A stretch of 64,000 nucleotides of DNA, taken from the NCBI GenBank assembly GCA_017474765.1, contig JAFVGW010000034.1, forward strand, positions 22,502 to 86,501, written 5' to 3'. The position numbers and the translations under genes are program-made. Positions 9,716 to 19,406 of the stretch are shown piece by piece. The notes below the pieces were generated by a model, which ran no database searches, had not been told where the DNA came from, and saw only the letters and a list, made by a program, of their open reading frames with translations. The stretch's first letter is position 1, and every line of letters begins with the position of its first letter. The DNA is from Salinivirgaceae bacterium (GTDB lineage: Bacteria; Bacteroidota; Bacteroidia; Bacteroidales; SZUA-534).

Positions 9716-9882
9716 CAGTTTTTTTTCAAAAATAGGCAAAAACTATTGATGAAACTCGTCATACAGCAAACATGAAATTTGAAAACACTTAATGCCTCAT
9801 TACAGCCGCTTCGAGTTCCGTTTTTTTTCGTTAATTTGTGAATTTGTATTATGGAATGAGATTCCAGGCTAATACACAGAAT

Positions 9883-10590
9883 ATGAAACAATTAACATTG
9901 ATATTGATTCCCATTGCACTTTTAGCTGCCTGCGACAAATCTGACTCGTATCAGTTGCCGCCAGTGGAAAAAATTGAGTGCCAATATTTTCCGCTCGATT
10001 CGGGTGCGTGGCGCGATTTTGATGTTGTCGAGATTAAAATCGATGAGCCGATTGCGCTATTCGATACGCAGCAATACATTGTGCGTGAGCGCTTTGGCGG
10101 AATTTTTATCGACAATGTTGGCGACACTCTGCGGCAGATTGAGCGTTTCCGCCGAGCAAGCGAAAACGAAAAATGGCAGCCGATGAACACGTGGTTGGCA
10201 TACGTCAACGGCACGGAAGTGATTCAGATTGAAGAAAATACGCGAATCGTAAAAATGCAACTGCCGCTCGCTGTTGGCAAAACGTGGAACGGCAATGCCT
10301 ACAACCGCACCGACACTCTGCAGAAGTATCAGTTCCGCGTCGACAGTATCGACAGCCCCGCCGTGGTTGGCCGTTTCCGTTTCGATTCGGTGCTCACCGT
10401 TTCGCAGAAAAACGAGCTGACGGCTATCAGCAAAGTGCTTGTCGCAGAGCGTTATGCCGCCGGAATCGGAATGGTTGAGAAGGTTCAAATCGACATATAT
10501 TCAGACTCTTACGCGCCAAATATCGATATTGAAAACCGCGTAACGCAGGGCACAATGATTTACCTCACACTTATTGATTTTGGTAAATGA
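9883..10590 (+). CDS. Hypothetical lipoprotein
   Basis: Signal peptide plus lipobox MKQLTLILIPIALLAAC. Its stop overlaps the xseA start by 4 nt (ATGA). Confidence 0.6.
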   Translation: MKQLTLILIPIALLAACDKSDSYQLPPVEKIECQYFPLDSGAWRDFDVVEIKIDEPIALFDTQQYIVRERFGGIFIDNVGDTLRQIERFRRASENEKWQPMNTWLAYVNGTEVIQIEENTRIVKMQLPLAVGKTWNGNAYNRTDTLQKYQFRVDSIDSPAVVGRFRFDSVLTVSQKNELTAISKVLVAERYAAGIGMVEKVQIDIYSDSYAPNIDIENRVTQGTMIYLTLIDFGK

Positions 10591-11957
10591 CAGACAATCA
10601 GGCAATATCGCTTTATGAACTTTTACACAACGTCCGTGCGGAACTGAAAAATTCGTTCGCGACGCCAGTGTGGGTGGTGGCCGAAATTATTGAGTTCGGT
10701 CAGCGCGGCAACGGCCATTGCTATATGGAACTTGTTGAGAAAGACCAAGATACCGAGCGAATGACGGCCAAAGTGAAAGCCACAATTTGGGCGAATGTTT
10801 ATGCACGCCTGAGCCCTTATTTTGAGTCGGTTACGGGCGAGTCGCTGCACGCCGGGCTGAAGGTGATGCTGCGCGTTACGGTCGAGATGCACGAGCTTTA
10901 CGGATTGAGTCTCAATGTGTTGGATATTGACGTGCAATACACTTTGGGCGATATTGCCCAACAGCGCGCAAAGGTGATTGCCCAACTCACCGCCGACGGG
11001 GTGATTGATATGAACAAGCAGATTCCGTTACCGCTTGTGGTTCAGCGCATTGCGGTGGTTTCGTCGGATACGGCAGCGGGGTGGGGCGATTTTGTCAATC
11101 AATTGGAAAACAACGATTTCGGCTACAAATTTCACGTCGAGTTGTTCCCGGCACTGATGCAGGGCGATGGTGCGGCAGAATCGATAATCGCGGCTATGGA
11201 CAAGATTTTCAGTCAGATGAACGAGTTCGACGCAGTGGCCATTATGCGCGGCGGGGGCTCAAAATCCGATTTGAGTTGCTTCGACAACTATGAGTTGGCC
11301 TACTACGCAGCGCAGTTTCCACTGCCCATTCTGACCGGAATCGGCCACGAGCGCGACGATTCGGTGCTCGACCTTGTGGCCAACACAAGACTCAAAACGC
11401 CCACCGCTTTGGCGGCTTTCATAATCGACCGCGCGGCTGCCTTTGAGCAGGAACTCACCCAGAAATGCGACTATGTGATTGACGTCGCTCGTCAGCGTAT
11501 CGAGCAGAATATCAAGCGTGTTGACGATGATTATCATCGTTTTGTTTTAGGTGTGAGAGCCGTTGTCAGCCACTCGCAGGAACAACTGTCGGGGCTTAAC
11601 TTGCTCGCCAACAGCGCCGTACGCCGCTATTTCGACCTGCGGACGGTCCAACTCTCGACCTTCGAGCAGAAAATCCGTCTTTTGCCGCAAATCGGAATCG
11701 CCGCTGGCACTACCCGCCTTGCCACTCTTGAGCAACGCCTGCAGGCAGCGCTCGCCACTTTCTTTGAAGCCCGCCAGCACCAACTCGACCGCCTTGAACT
11801 CGTCTGCCGCCAAGCCGACCCGCGGAACGTGCTCAAACGCGGCTACTCAATCGTCCGCTCGAAAGGCAAGGCCGTAACTTCGCCCGAGCAAGTGCAAACG
11901 GGCGATGAATTGGCTATTCAAATGGCTGATGGTGTGATTGAAAGTGTTGTGAAATAG
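10587..11957 (+). CDS. xseA: Exodeoxyribonuclease VII large subunit
   Basis: OB-fold N-terminus (VWVVAEIIEFGQRGNGHCYMELVE), catalytic core IAVVSSDTAAGWGDF...RGGGSKSDLSCFD...ILTGIGHERD, and a long helical C-terminus. Confidence 0.9.
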   Translation: MTDNQAISLYELLHNVRAELKNSFATPVWVVAEIIEFGQRGNGHCYMELVEKDQDTERMTAKVKATIWANVYARLSPYFESVTGESLHAGLKVMLRVTVEMHELYGLSLNVLDIDVQYTLGDIAQQRAKVIAQLTADGVIDMNKQIPLPLVVQRIAVVSSDTAAGWGDFVNQLENNDFGYKFHVELFPALMQGDGAAESIIAAMDKIFSQMNEFDAVAIMRGGGSKSDLSCFDNYELAYYAAQFPLPILTGIGHERDDSVLDLVANTRLKTPTALAAFIIDRAAAFEQELTQKCDYVIDVARQRIEQNIKRVDDDYHRFVLGVRAVVSHSQEQLSGLNLLANSAVRRYFDLRTVQLSTFEQKIRLLPQIGIAAGTTRLATLEQRLQAALATFFEARQHQLDRLELVCRQADPRNVLKRGYSIVRSKGKAVTSPEQVQTGDELAIQMADGVIESVVK

Positions 11958-12063
11958 CATTTTACCAAGAAGTATTTGAGCGCGAATAAACTGTCAAAAC
12001 ATTACTTTCTTCCCAAACTGCTATCTTTTTTGAATATCGGCTCAAATTGTCGGCTAACAATTG

Positions 12064-12071
12064 TACTTTTG
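12064..12071 (+). promoter_or_regulatory. Bacteroidota -7 promoter box (TACTTTTG)
   Basis: Matches TAnnTTTG 43 nt upstream of the leuC start. Confidence 0.35.
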
Positions 12072-12113
12072 CGCAATTTGAAAATTTGTTAAACTTTATA
12101 AATATTTGAAACA

Positions 12114-13505
12114 GTGGGAAAGACACTATTTGACAAGATTTGGGACTCGCACGTCGTTCAGGTTATCCCCGACGGGCCAACCCAACTCTACATCGACCGT
12201 CTGTATGCTCACGAGGTGACTTCACCCCAAGCATTCGACACTTTGCGCGACAAGGGAATCAAGGTTTTCCGCCCCGAGCAGGTCGTGGCAATGCCCGACC
12301 ACAACACGCCGTCGGACCAACAGGAGGTCATCAACGACCCGATTGGCCGCAAGCAGGTGGAGACGCTCGCCCGCAACTGCGCTGAATTCGGCATCCGCCA
12401 CTTTGCAATGGGCACCAAGGACAACGGCATCATCCACGTGGTGGGCCCGGAGAAAGGCCTGTCGCTGCCGGGAATGACCATCGTCTGCGGCGACTCACAC
12501 ACATCAACTCACGGTGCTGTGGGCGCTTTGGCAATGGGCATCGGCACAAGCGAGGTGGCCGAGGTGCTGGCTAGTCAGTGCATCCTTCAGAGCAAACCGA
12601 AAACAATGCGCATCAATATTGAGGGCGAACTGCAGAAAGGCGTGGTTGCCAAGGATATAGCGCTTTACATTATGGCCAAAATGACCACTTCGGGTGCAAC
12701 CGGATACGCTGTTGAATATGCCGGCTCAACCATCCGCAACCTGTCAATGGAGGGCCGCCTGACGCTCTCTAACCTGTCGATTGAAATGGGTTCGCGCGCC
12801 GGTATCATCGCGCCCGACGAGACAACCTTCGCCTACCTGAAGGGCCGTGAGTATGCGCCCAAAGGTGCAGAGTGGGACAAGGCTGTTGCTTTCTGGCGCA
12901 CGCTGAAGAGCGACGACGACGCTGTCTTCGACAAGGAGATTACCTACCGCGCTGAGGACATTAAGCCGCGCATCACCTACGGAACAAACCCCGGTGCTGG
13001 AATCGCCATCGACGAGACCGTGCCCGTGCTCGACGGAATGAGCGACGCCGAGAAGGCTCAACTGACTGTGCAACTGAACTATATGCAGTTCAAACCTGGG
13101 CAGAAACTCGAGGGTACACCTGTGGATTACTGCTTCCTGGGCGCCTGCACCAACGGCCGCATCGAGGATTTCCGCGCCTTTGCATCGGTTGTGAAGGGCA
13201 GGAAGAAATCGCCGAACATTGTGGCGTGGCTGGTTCCGGGCTCGTGGCTTGTGCGTCAGCAGATTATCGACGAAGGCATCGACAAGGTTCTTGAAGAAGC
13301 CGGATTCGAGTTGCGCCTGCCGTCGTGCTCATCGTGCCTGGCCATGAACCCCGACAAGGTGCCCGCAGGCAAGTTGGCCATCTCGACATCGAACCGCAAC
13401 TTTGTCGGCCGTCAGGGCCCCGGCGCCCGCACCGTGCTGGCATCGCCGCTCGTTGTCGCCGCAAGCGCAATTACTGGCGTGATTACTGACCCGAGAAAAT
13501 TGTAG
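12114..13505 (+). CDS. leuC: 3-isopropylmalate dehydratase large subunit
   Basis: Aconitase-family motifs: [21 protein letters not shown] and [11 protein letters not shown]...CSSCLAMN (Fe-S cysteines). It has a GTG start. Confidence 0.92.
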   Translation: MGKTLFDKIWDSHVVQVIPDGPTQLYIDRLYAHEVTSPQAFDTLRDKGIKVFRPEQVVAMPDHNTPSDQQEVINDPIGRKQVETLARNCAEFGIRHFAMGTKDNGIIHVVGPEKGLSLPGMTIVCGDSHTSTHGAVGALAMGIGTSEVAEVLASQCILQSKPKTMRINIEGELQKGVVAKDIALYIMAKMTTSGATGYAVEYAGSTIRNLSMEGRLTLSNLSIEMGSRAGIIAPDETTFAYLKGREYAPKGAEWDKAVAFWRTLKSDDDAVFDKEITYRAEDIKPRITYGTNPGAGIAIDETVPVLDGMSDAEKAQLTVQLNYMQFKPGQKLEGTPVDYCFLGACTNGRIEDFRAFASVVKGRKKSPNIVAWLVPGSWLVRQQIIDEGIDKVLEEAGFELRLPSCSSCLAMNPDKVPAGKLAISTSNRNFVGRQGPGARTVLASPLVVAASAITGVITDPRKL

Positions 13506-13528
13506 TTTGAAACGATAACTAATTCTCG

Positions 13529-13554
13529 CACAGATAAACACAGATAACACAGAT
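13529..13554. repeat. Three direct CACAGAT heptamers, left flank of the GxxExxY gene
   Basis: CACAGAT occurs at 13529-13535, 13539-13545 and 13548-13554, ending 4 nt before the ATG at 13558. Confidence 0.85.
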
Positions 13555-13557
13555 TTT

Positions 13558-13968
13558 ATGTATTTTATAGACAGCGAAGAGGCAAAACAAGATTATCTGC
13601 ATAAAGAACTGACCGAGAGTGTCATTCGTGTTTTTTATGAAGTTTATAATACGTTGGGATATGGTTTCATTGAAAATGTTTACCAAAATTCTATGTATTT
13701 TGCTTTGCAAGACGCTGGTTTTGAGTGTGAAGTGCAAAAAGATATTGACGTCTTTTACAAAAACAAGAAAGTTGGCAGTTATCGTGCCGATATAATCGTA
13801 GACGATACGTTACTTCTTGAGTTAAAGGCCGTTAGTGAGTTAAATGAATCTCATAAACGGCAATTGTCAAATTATCTGAAAGCGACAAAATTTGAAGTAG
13901 GATTGCTGCTGAACTTTGGTGAGCGCCCACAAATTAGGCGTTGGATATATACTAATGATAATAAATAG
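13558..13968 (+). CDS. GxxExxY family protein (PD-(D/E)XK nuclease-like fold)
   Basis: 136 aa with the family hallmark GYGFIENVY (GxxExxY) and a downstream ...YRADIIVDDTLLLELKAV core. It is inserted between leuC and leuD on the same strand. Confidence 0.8.
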   Translation: MYFIDSEEAKQDYLHKELTESVIRVFYEVYNTLGYGFIENVYQNSMYFALQDAGFECEVQKDIDVFYKNKKVGSYRADIIVDDTLLLELKAVSELNESHKRQLSNYLKATKFEVGLLLNFGERPQIRRWIYTNDNK

Positions 13969-13970
13969 AA

Positions 13971-14005
13971 ATCTGTGATAATCAGTGTCATCTGTGTCAT
14001 CAGTG
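13971..14005. repeat. Four inverted heptamers (ATCTGTG/ATCAGTG), right flank of the GxxExxY gene
   Basis: ATCTGTG at 13971 and 13990, and ATCAGTG at 13981 and 13999. These are the reverse complement of CAC(A/T)GAT. The array starts 3 nt after the TAG stop. Confidence 0.85.
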
Positions 14006-14025
14006 CGAATTAAAAAACTAAAGAA

Positions 14026-14649
14026 ATGAAACAAAAATTTAATGTAATAAAATCGACGTGTATTCCGGTTGCGATTGACAACTGCAATACCGACCTGATT
14101 ATTCCGGCGCGCTACCTGGCGAGCACCACTCGCGACCCGAAATTCTTCGGCGACGCCTTTATGCACGACCTGCGCTACGACGCTGACGGTAAGCCGGTTG
14201 CCGGATTTGTTATGAACCAACCCGAATTTTCGGAGGCACCGCACGAAGGCTGCCACGAGATTATCGTGGGCGGACAGAACTGGGGCTCGGGCTCGAGCCG
14301 TGAACACGCCGCCTGGGCCATCGCCGGCTACGGCATCCGCGTGGTCATCTCGTCGAGTTTCGCCGACATCCACCGCAACAACCTGCTCAACTGCTTTGTG
14401 CTGCCGGTGGTGGTGAGCCGCGAGTTCCAACAGGAGTTGTTCGACTCTATCGCCAAAAATCCGCAAACCATTGTTACTGTTGACGTTCCGAATCAGACCG
14501 TGACCAACGAGGCCACCGGTCACTCGGAGAAGTTCGAAATCAACAGCTACAAGAAACACTGCCTTGTCAACGCACTCGACGACATCGACTATCTGCTGAG
14601 CGTTCAGGACAAGACCGAAGCGTTTGAGAAGACGGCGAAAAAGTGGTAA
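14026..14649 (+). CDS. leuD: 3-isopropylmalate dehydratase small subunit
   Basis: Aconitase swivel-domain motifs: NTDLIIPARYL and GQNWGSGSSREHAAWAIAGYGIRVVISSSFADIHRNN. Confidence 0.9.
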   Translation: MKQKFNVIKSTCIPVAIDNCNTDLIIPARYLASTTRDPKFFGDAFMHDLRYDADGKPVAGFVMNQPEFSEAPHEGCHEIIVGGQNWGSGSSREHAAWAIAGYGIRVVISSSFADIHRNNLLNCFVLPVVVSREFQQELFDSIAKNPQTIVTVDVPNQTVTNEATGHSEKFEINSYKKHCLVNALDDIDYLLSVQDKTEAFEKTAKKW

Positions 14650-14719
14650 CGAACATACACTTGTTCAAAAAAACAATTTTAGGAACAGCAAGTTTGCATT
14701 GCATTTGATTGCAATTTTA

Positions 14720-14727
14720 TATATTTG
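14720..14727 (+). promoter_or_regulatory. Bacteroidota -7 promoter box (TATATTTG)
   Basis: Matches TAnnTTTG 20 nt upstream of the ATG at 14747. Confidence 0.45.
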
Positions 14728-14746
14728 CAAAAATGAGGTTTTGTAT

Positions 14747-15289
14747 ATGCCTGCAGAAGTGGAAAAATGGTATAAGGCAGTAACCAAAGATGATGTCATC
14801 TATCTCTTCAAGGGAGAGGTTACCGACCAGCTGATTGCTCAGTCTCTTGACATTATTGAGCGTCAGTTGGAGTCTACGCCATTGCCCATTCGCAAGAAAA
14901 TATACAATGTTCTTGTTGAATGCCTACAGAATCTGTACCATCATTCTGCCACCTGCCCAATCGAAAAAGAACGAGAATTCTGCGGAAGGGTTGGAGTTTG
15001 TCTGCTGTCGGAGCATGAGGGGCACTACCATGTGGTCACGGGCAATTTTGTCGAACCGCGTCAAAAAGAATTCCTCACCAAGCATCTTGACAAGATAAAC
15101 TCTCTTGACAGAGACGGACAAAAAGAGATGTACAAAGAGATTCTCGACAATCAGACTTTCTCCGAAAAAGGTGGAGGTGGATTGGGGATGGTTGACATTG
15201 CAAGAAAATCAGGCAGCAGGTTGAATTATAATTTCATTAACTGCGGCAGTGATTATAATTTTTTTACTTTAGATGTTACTTTTAATTGA
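14747..15289 (+). CDS. SiaB-like GHKL-fold protein kinase (partner-switch kinase)
   Basis: 180 aa. Start taken at MPAEVEKWYK because the upstream part of the ORF overlaps the leuD end and the promoter box. It has a C-terminal glycine-rich ATP-lid-like box EKGGGGLGMVDIARKSG. It is paired with a DUF1987/SiaC-like gene 23 nt downstream. Confidence 0.6.
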   Translation: MPAEVEKWYKAVTKDDVIYLFKGEVTDQLIAQSLDIIERQLESTPLPIRKKIYNVLVECLQNLYHHSATCPIEKEREFCGRVGVCLLSEHEGHYHVVTGNFVEPRQKEFLTKHLDKINSLDRDGQKEMYKEILDNQTFSEKGGGGLGMVDIARKSGSRLNYNFINCGSDYNFFTLDVTFN

Positions 15290-15311
15290 ACAACTTATAT
15301 AAACAAATAAA

Positions 15312-15689
15312 ATGGATCCTATTTCTATTATCGGAACACCAAAGACTCCAACCGTTACATTTGAGTCGAATGGCAAACTTGAAATCAAAGGACGTTCAAT
15401 TCCTGAAAATTCGGTTGAATTCTACAAACCATTAGTTGACTGGCTTGAGCAATACCTCTCATCTCCCGCTCCACTGACTGAAGTTTCAATAAAACTTGAG
15501 TATTTCAACACAAGTAGCTCAAAGTGCATACTTGATGTATTCAAGAAATTGGAAGCTATCTACAAAAGTGGTAATGACGTCGTTATTCTTTGGCACTACG
15601 AAGAGGATGACGAAGATATGCTTGAAGCAGGAGAAGACTACCAGTCTATCATCAAGGTGCCGTTCAAGATGGTTGAAATGTCGGAATAA
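15312..15689 (+). CDS. SiaC-like (DUF1987) regulatory phosphoprotein
   Basis: 125 aa. The sequence is TPTVTFESNGKLEIKGRSIPENSVEFYKPLVDWLEQY...LEYFNTSSSKCILDVFKKLE, typical of the DUF1987 fold with a Thr/Ser phospho-site region (FNTSSSK). Confidence 0.7.
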   Translation: MDPISIIGTPKTPTVTFESNGKLEIKGRSIPENSVEFYKPLVDWLEQYLSSPAPLTEVSIKLEYFNTSSSKCILDVFKKLEAIYKSGNDVVILWHYEEDDEDMLEAGEDYQSIIKVPFKMVEMSE

Positions 15690-15730
15690 CAACTACGTCA
15701 AACATATCTGACGAACATTGCAGATTTCAG

Positions 15731-15781
15731 ACCACCTCAACTAATGCCAATAGCATTGGTTTTGAGGTGGTTTTGCTTTTT
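15731..15781 (+). terminator. Intrinsic terminator-like hairpin after the SiaC-like gene
   Basis: ACCACCTCAA (15731-15740) pairs with TTGAGGTGGT (15762-15771). There is an inner CCAAT/ATTGG hairpin, and TTTTGCTTTTT follows. Confidence 0.65.
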
Positions 15782-15907
15782 ATTACTACAACCACCGAAC
15801 ATAACGCAATTGTATAATTGCATAATAATCAACAATATATGACAACAACGCATCTGGTACGGATGGAATGTTATGCCAATTGATTGAAGTTTGAGGGGGG
15901 TGATTTT

Positions 15908-18900
15908 CTATATATTTGATTGTGAGAATCTCTCTAAAATCCTACGCAACAATCTGCACATCAACGTTATGTATAACAAAAGTGAATAGAACCAAATCAC
16001 CAGCATATTGACCCAATATGTTGAGCATGGAACCCCGAAAATGTTTTTATATGGCGCATAAAAATGAGCTTTTACTAATGGATGTGTAGGCTCAAGGTAT
16101 ATAGGATCGGCTTTCTGGTACAGATTTCCATTAATTTCCAAAATCCTGTCAAGAGAATTTGAGTTCCGCACAAACGTAGTAAGGTTCTCGTTGCTGTATA
16201 ATTTCTTACGCCGCAAAAACGCCTCGCGTTCGTCATCGGTGCGCTGCATCGAGTTTATCAGATTGTCTTTCTGCGCATTAACATGGTTATACTGCTTATA
16301 GTAGTATACTTTAAGTTTCCCAAGAAAAGCCTCCAACTGCTCTATCACTTCTGGCGTTAATTTATTGATATACAATCTGTCTATCTTATCAAATTTGAAA
16401 TAGCCCATTGCGTCAAGAGGTTTGCTCAGTTCGTTTCGGATAACCTCCAAATCTGATTTCACCTTTATTTGGTGAGACGGATTCGAATAATTGCGCTTGC
16501 AGAAAGCCACTTTATTATCTATTGTCTTCAGCCAGTAGTTTTTACGGAAATCGCACTGACTCAACACCTTATTATATTCATAAAAGTCTTTCTCAAAATC
16601 ATTTTCCTTAAACTGCTGCACTGTCAATGCCTCATAAGCCCATCGGGCGGTTATGATTTCACCGTACCACGGAATCTTGTTGGGTTCGGATATTGCAGGA
16701 TTAAACTTGTCGAACGACACAATAATACCACTCAATATCAATTGAGGAATCACCAGGAACGGTATAAGTATATATATGGTGACAACTGTATCGAAACTAT
16801 CTGATATGTTCAATCCCAACAGGCACGAGAAGAACCATGAACTGAACAATGCAAACCAATAGTAAAAGAACATCCCCCTAACCCCAAGAACCACGTTGCC
16901 GACCAGAACAAACAGCAGCGCCTGAACTGCTGAAATCGCAAACAATATTGCCATTTTTGACAAAATGTAACTTGTTCGGCTCAAATTCAGGAAACGTTCA
17001 CGCTTTTGTATCTTTCTGTCTTTCACTATTTCTTCGGCACTCACAGACAAGCCCATGAATATTGCCACAATTACCGACATGAAGATGTAAACTGGTATGT
17101 TCTCATTTGTGTAGAAACAATACGGGCCATTAGCGGGATTGAAATACCTGATTATGAATGCCAATAAAAATGCCAGAATGGGCGATTCAAGAATATTTAT
17201 CACCATATACTGACGGTTGCTGATTTTTGCCAGCACATCACGTTCGACAAACACCTTGAACTGCTTAAGTCTGCCAGGTATCTTGGCTGCATTCTCTGGC
17301 AATTCCTTGTATTTTGTTGAAAAATCCAAAGGTTGCTCTCTAATCGTATCCTGATAATAACGGAACCATTCCGCTGGCTGTATTCTTCTGTGGGGCGTCA
17401 AGTTGCCGTATTCATCAAGCATCTGAGACTCAACGATGTTGAAAATCTGCTCTGGATTAACATTGCCGCAAGTGCGGCACTCACTGTCGTTCCAGTTTGC
17501 CTGACGGACTTTCGTCTTGAAATATATTATGGAATCAACAGGGTTTCCATCGTAAATCAAATAACCGCCTTTGTCGAGTATATACAAGTTATCGAACATC
17601 TTGAATATGTAGGACGAAGGCTGATGTATGACCGTAAAGACCAGTTTTCCTTTCAGTGTCAACTCTTTGAGAATATCCATTATGTTCTCCGAATCGCGCG
17701 ACGACAAACCTGACGTTGGCTCATCGAGGAACAAAATGGCTGGTTCGCGAATAAGTTCAAGAGCGATGTTAAGCCTTTTGCGCTGTCCGCCACTGATTTT
17801 CTTATTCAACGGACTGCCGACAACCATATCCTTTATGTCAAAAAGGCCAAGACTCTTGAGCACTTTCAGCACCTTGCAGTTTATCTGGAAATCAGACAAA
17901 TCGTTGAAACAAAGCCTAGCGTTATACAGAAGATTTTGATATACAGTAAGTTCCTCTATCAGCAAATCGTCTTGCGACACGAAACCTATCATACCTTCAA
18001 TCTTCTCGCGTTCTTCATAAATGTCAATACCATTTATCATGACCTGCCCCGACGACGGCCTGTTGCTACCATTCAGCACATTGAGCAGCGTTGTCTTGCC
18101 AGAACCACTCGCCCCCATGATTCCGACCAAATTGCCAGACTCCTGAACCATATTTATAGGATTCAGGCCTTTGACTCCACCCTTGAAATAATACTCCACA
18201 TCTTTGGCAACAAACTGAATCTTATTGCCTATCTCGTCGGCGAAATAAAAGTTGACAATGTCGGAATAATAAATGGGCTTCATCTTCGCATCACGCAACG
18301 AAGCACCAAGATTCAGAACATAAACACTGCCTGGCACAAGATTCTGGCCATTCAAATACAATTCGTTGTCGCCGAACTTGCGGATGAGGTACATGTTCGA
18401 TGGCTCGAAATACAAAACCCACAGTTTGTCATCGAACATTTCGTGACAATAGTGTCTGATATCAGGAACTGACGATGTTTTGCGTCCGTCGATGAGCAGG
18501 AATTTAGGTGATACGGGGATTTCGTTCTCACCTGAAAGCACAAAATCTCTCAACAATTGGAAATTATCGGCTGAGAAAAAGAATATTTCCGAAACTGCTT
18601 GGACAAACTCAAGTTCTTGCGCCGAGACTTCCGTGCCCGATTTAATAAACTCAAGAAGCCTGACCAGCACAACCATTTTCTGCCTGATATCAAGTTCCTC
18701 GTTTATCTGGGTGCATATTTTCAACACTTTAACCGAACTTAACGCCAGGTTCTTCTGCTTGCTGCTCTCTTCCTTTTGTTTACGCTGATAGTGAGCGTAA
18801 AAGCCGTCGAAAAGTTCAAGATATTCCGAGACGGCATTGTCGTTAAGTTGTTGATAGAGAAAAGCCTCAATAATCTGCCTGCCGACTTTATTGTTGGACC

Positions 18901-18958
18901 TCGGCCCGACAATAATGGCAAACAATTGCATCAACGCTTTTAAGACTTTCTCCCTCAT
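15908..18958 (-). CDS. ABCG-type (ABC-2) transporter, fused ATPase-permease with ~240-aa N-terminal cytoplasmic extension
   Basis: Walker A GASGSGKTTLLN, signature ISGGQRKRLNIALEL, Walker B ILFLDEPTSGLS, H-loop VIHQPS, and a C-terminal multi-TM ABC-2-like domain. I could not assign the N-terminal 240 aa to any motif. Confidence 0.8.
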   Translation of the reverse strand: MREKVLKALMQLFAIIVGPRSNNKVGRQIIEAFLYQQLNDNAVSEYLELFDGFYAHYQRKQKEESSKQKNLALSSVKVLKICTQINEELDIRQKMVVLVRLLEFIKSGTEVSAQELEFVQAVSEIFFFSADNFQLLRDFVLSGENEIPVSPKFLLIDGRKTSSVPDIRHYCHEMFDDKLWVLYFEPSNMYLIRKFGDNELYLNGQNLVPGSVYVLNLGASLRDAKMKPIYYSDIVNFYFADEIGNKIQFVAKDVEYYFKGGVKGLNPINMVQESGNLVGIMGASGSGKTTLLNVLNGSNRPSSGQVMINGIDIYEEREKIEGMIGFVSQDDLLIEELTVYQNLLYNARLCFNDLSDFQINCKVLKVLKSLGLFDIKDMVVGSPLNKKISGGQRKRLNIALELIREPAILFLDEPTSGLSSRDSENIMDILKELTLKGKLVFTVIHQPSSYIFKMFDNLYILDKGGYLIYDGNPVDSIIYFKTKVRQANWNDSECRTCGNVNPEQIFNIVESQMLDEYGNLTPHRRIQPAEWFRYYQDTIREQPLDFSTKYKELPENAAKIPGRLKQFKVFVERDVLAKISNRQYMVINILESPILAFLLAFIIRYFNPANGPYCFYTNENIPVYIFMSVIVAIFMGLSVSAEEIVKDRKIQKRERFLNLSRTSYILSKMAILFAISAVQALLFVLVGNVVLGVRGMFFYYWFALFSSWFFSCLLGLNISDSFDTVVTIYILIPFLVIPQLILSGIIVSFDKFNPAISEPNKIPWYGEIITARWAYEALTVQQFKENDFEKDFYEYNKVLSQCDFRKNYWLKTIDNKVAFCKRNYSNPSHQIKVKSDLEVIRNELSKPLDAMGYFKFDKIDRLYINKLTPEVIEQLEAFLGKLKVYYYKQYNHVNAQKDNLINSMQRTDDEREAFLRRKKLYSNENLTTFVRNSNSLDRILEINGNLYQKADPIYLEPTHPLVKAHFYAPYKNIFGVPCSTYWVNMLVIWFYSLLLYITLMCRLLRRILERFSQSNI

Positions 18959-18970
18959 ATTTGGTTCGGA

Positions 18971-19387
18971 TTATTGTCTGAAGCCGATGAGCATTACAGC
19001 CAGACCAGATGTCATTTCTTTCGAATCAATTTCTGCTTCGATGATACAATCCATTGTGTTTTCGAATTTAAAATCCCAAACAGGGGTGTTTTCAAAATCA
19101 CGGTTGGTAAACAACAGGTTACGATCCTGGTCATAGACCGAGAATGCAAGGTTGCCTGCCTCCGTACCGCAATATCCCACCAAGCGATAGATTGTACCAG
19201 TATAGAATGTAACGTAAAACTCCGCCACATCTCCTTCGTTCAACAAAACCGTATAATACTGACCGTCAGATATGTATGAGTCCGTCATGTGCGACTTGCA
19301 CTTCTGCACTGATGATGCCATCTGCGCAAACGGCGCCATTGGAGCCATTACCAACAGCAAAGCCAGAATAAATGAAAATTTTCTCAT
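18971..19387 (-). CDS. Hypothetical secreted protein
   Basis: Signal peptide MRKFSFILALLLVMAPMAPFAQ. It lies 12 nt upstream of the ABC gene on the same strand. Confidence 0.55.
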   Translation of the reverse strand: MRKFSFILALLLVMAPMAPFAQMASSVQKCKSHMTDSYISDGQYYTVLLNEGDVAEFYVTFYTGTIYRLVGYCGTEAGNLAFSVYDQDRNLLFTNRDFENTPVWDFKFENTMDCIIEAEIDSKEMTSGLAVMLIGFRQ

Positions 19388-19406
19388 CTGCTATCTGATT
19401 TTAATT

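Noticed and set aside
11958-12113. Expected xseB (ExoVII small subunit) downstream of xseA
   Set aside because: The gap is only 156 nt and holds the leuC promoter region. No ORF of suitable size is present, so xseB must be elsewhere.
13867-14559. 230-aa minus-strand ORF spanning the GxxExxY 3' end and most of leuD
   Set aside because: It is antisense to a leuD gene with strong motifs. Its sequence is R/V/G-rich and low in information, with no motif, so it is a typical shadow ORF in GC-richer coding sequence.
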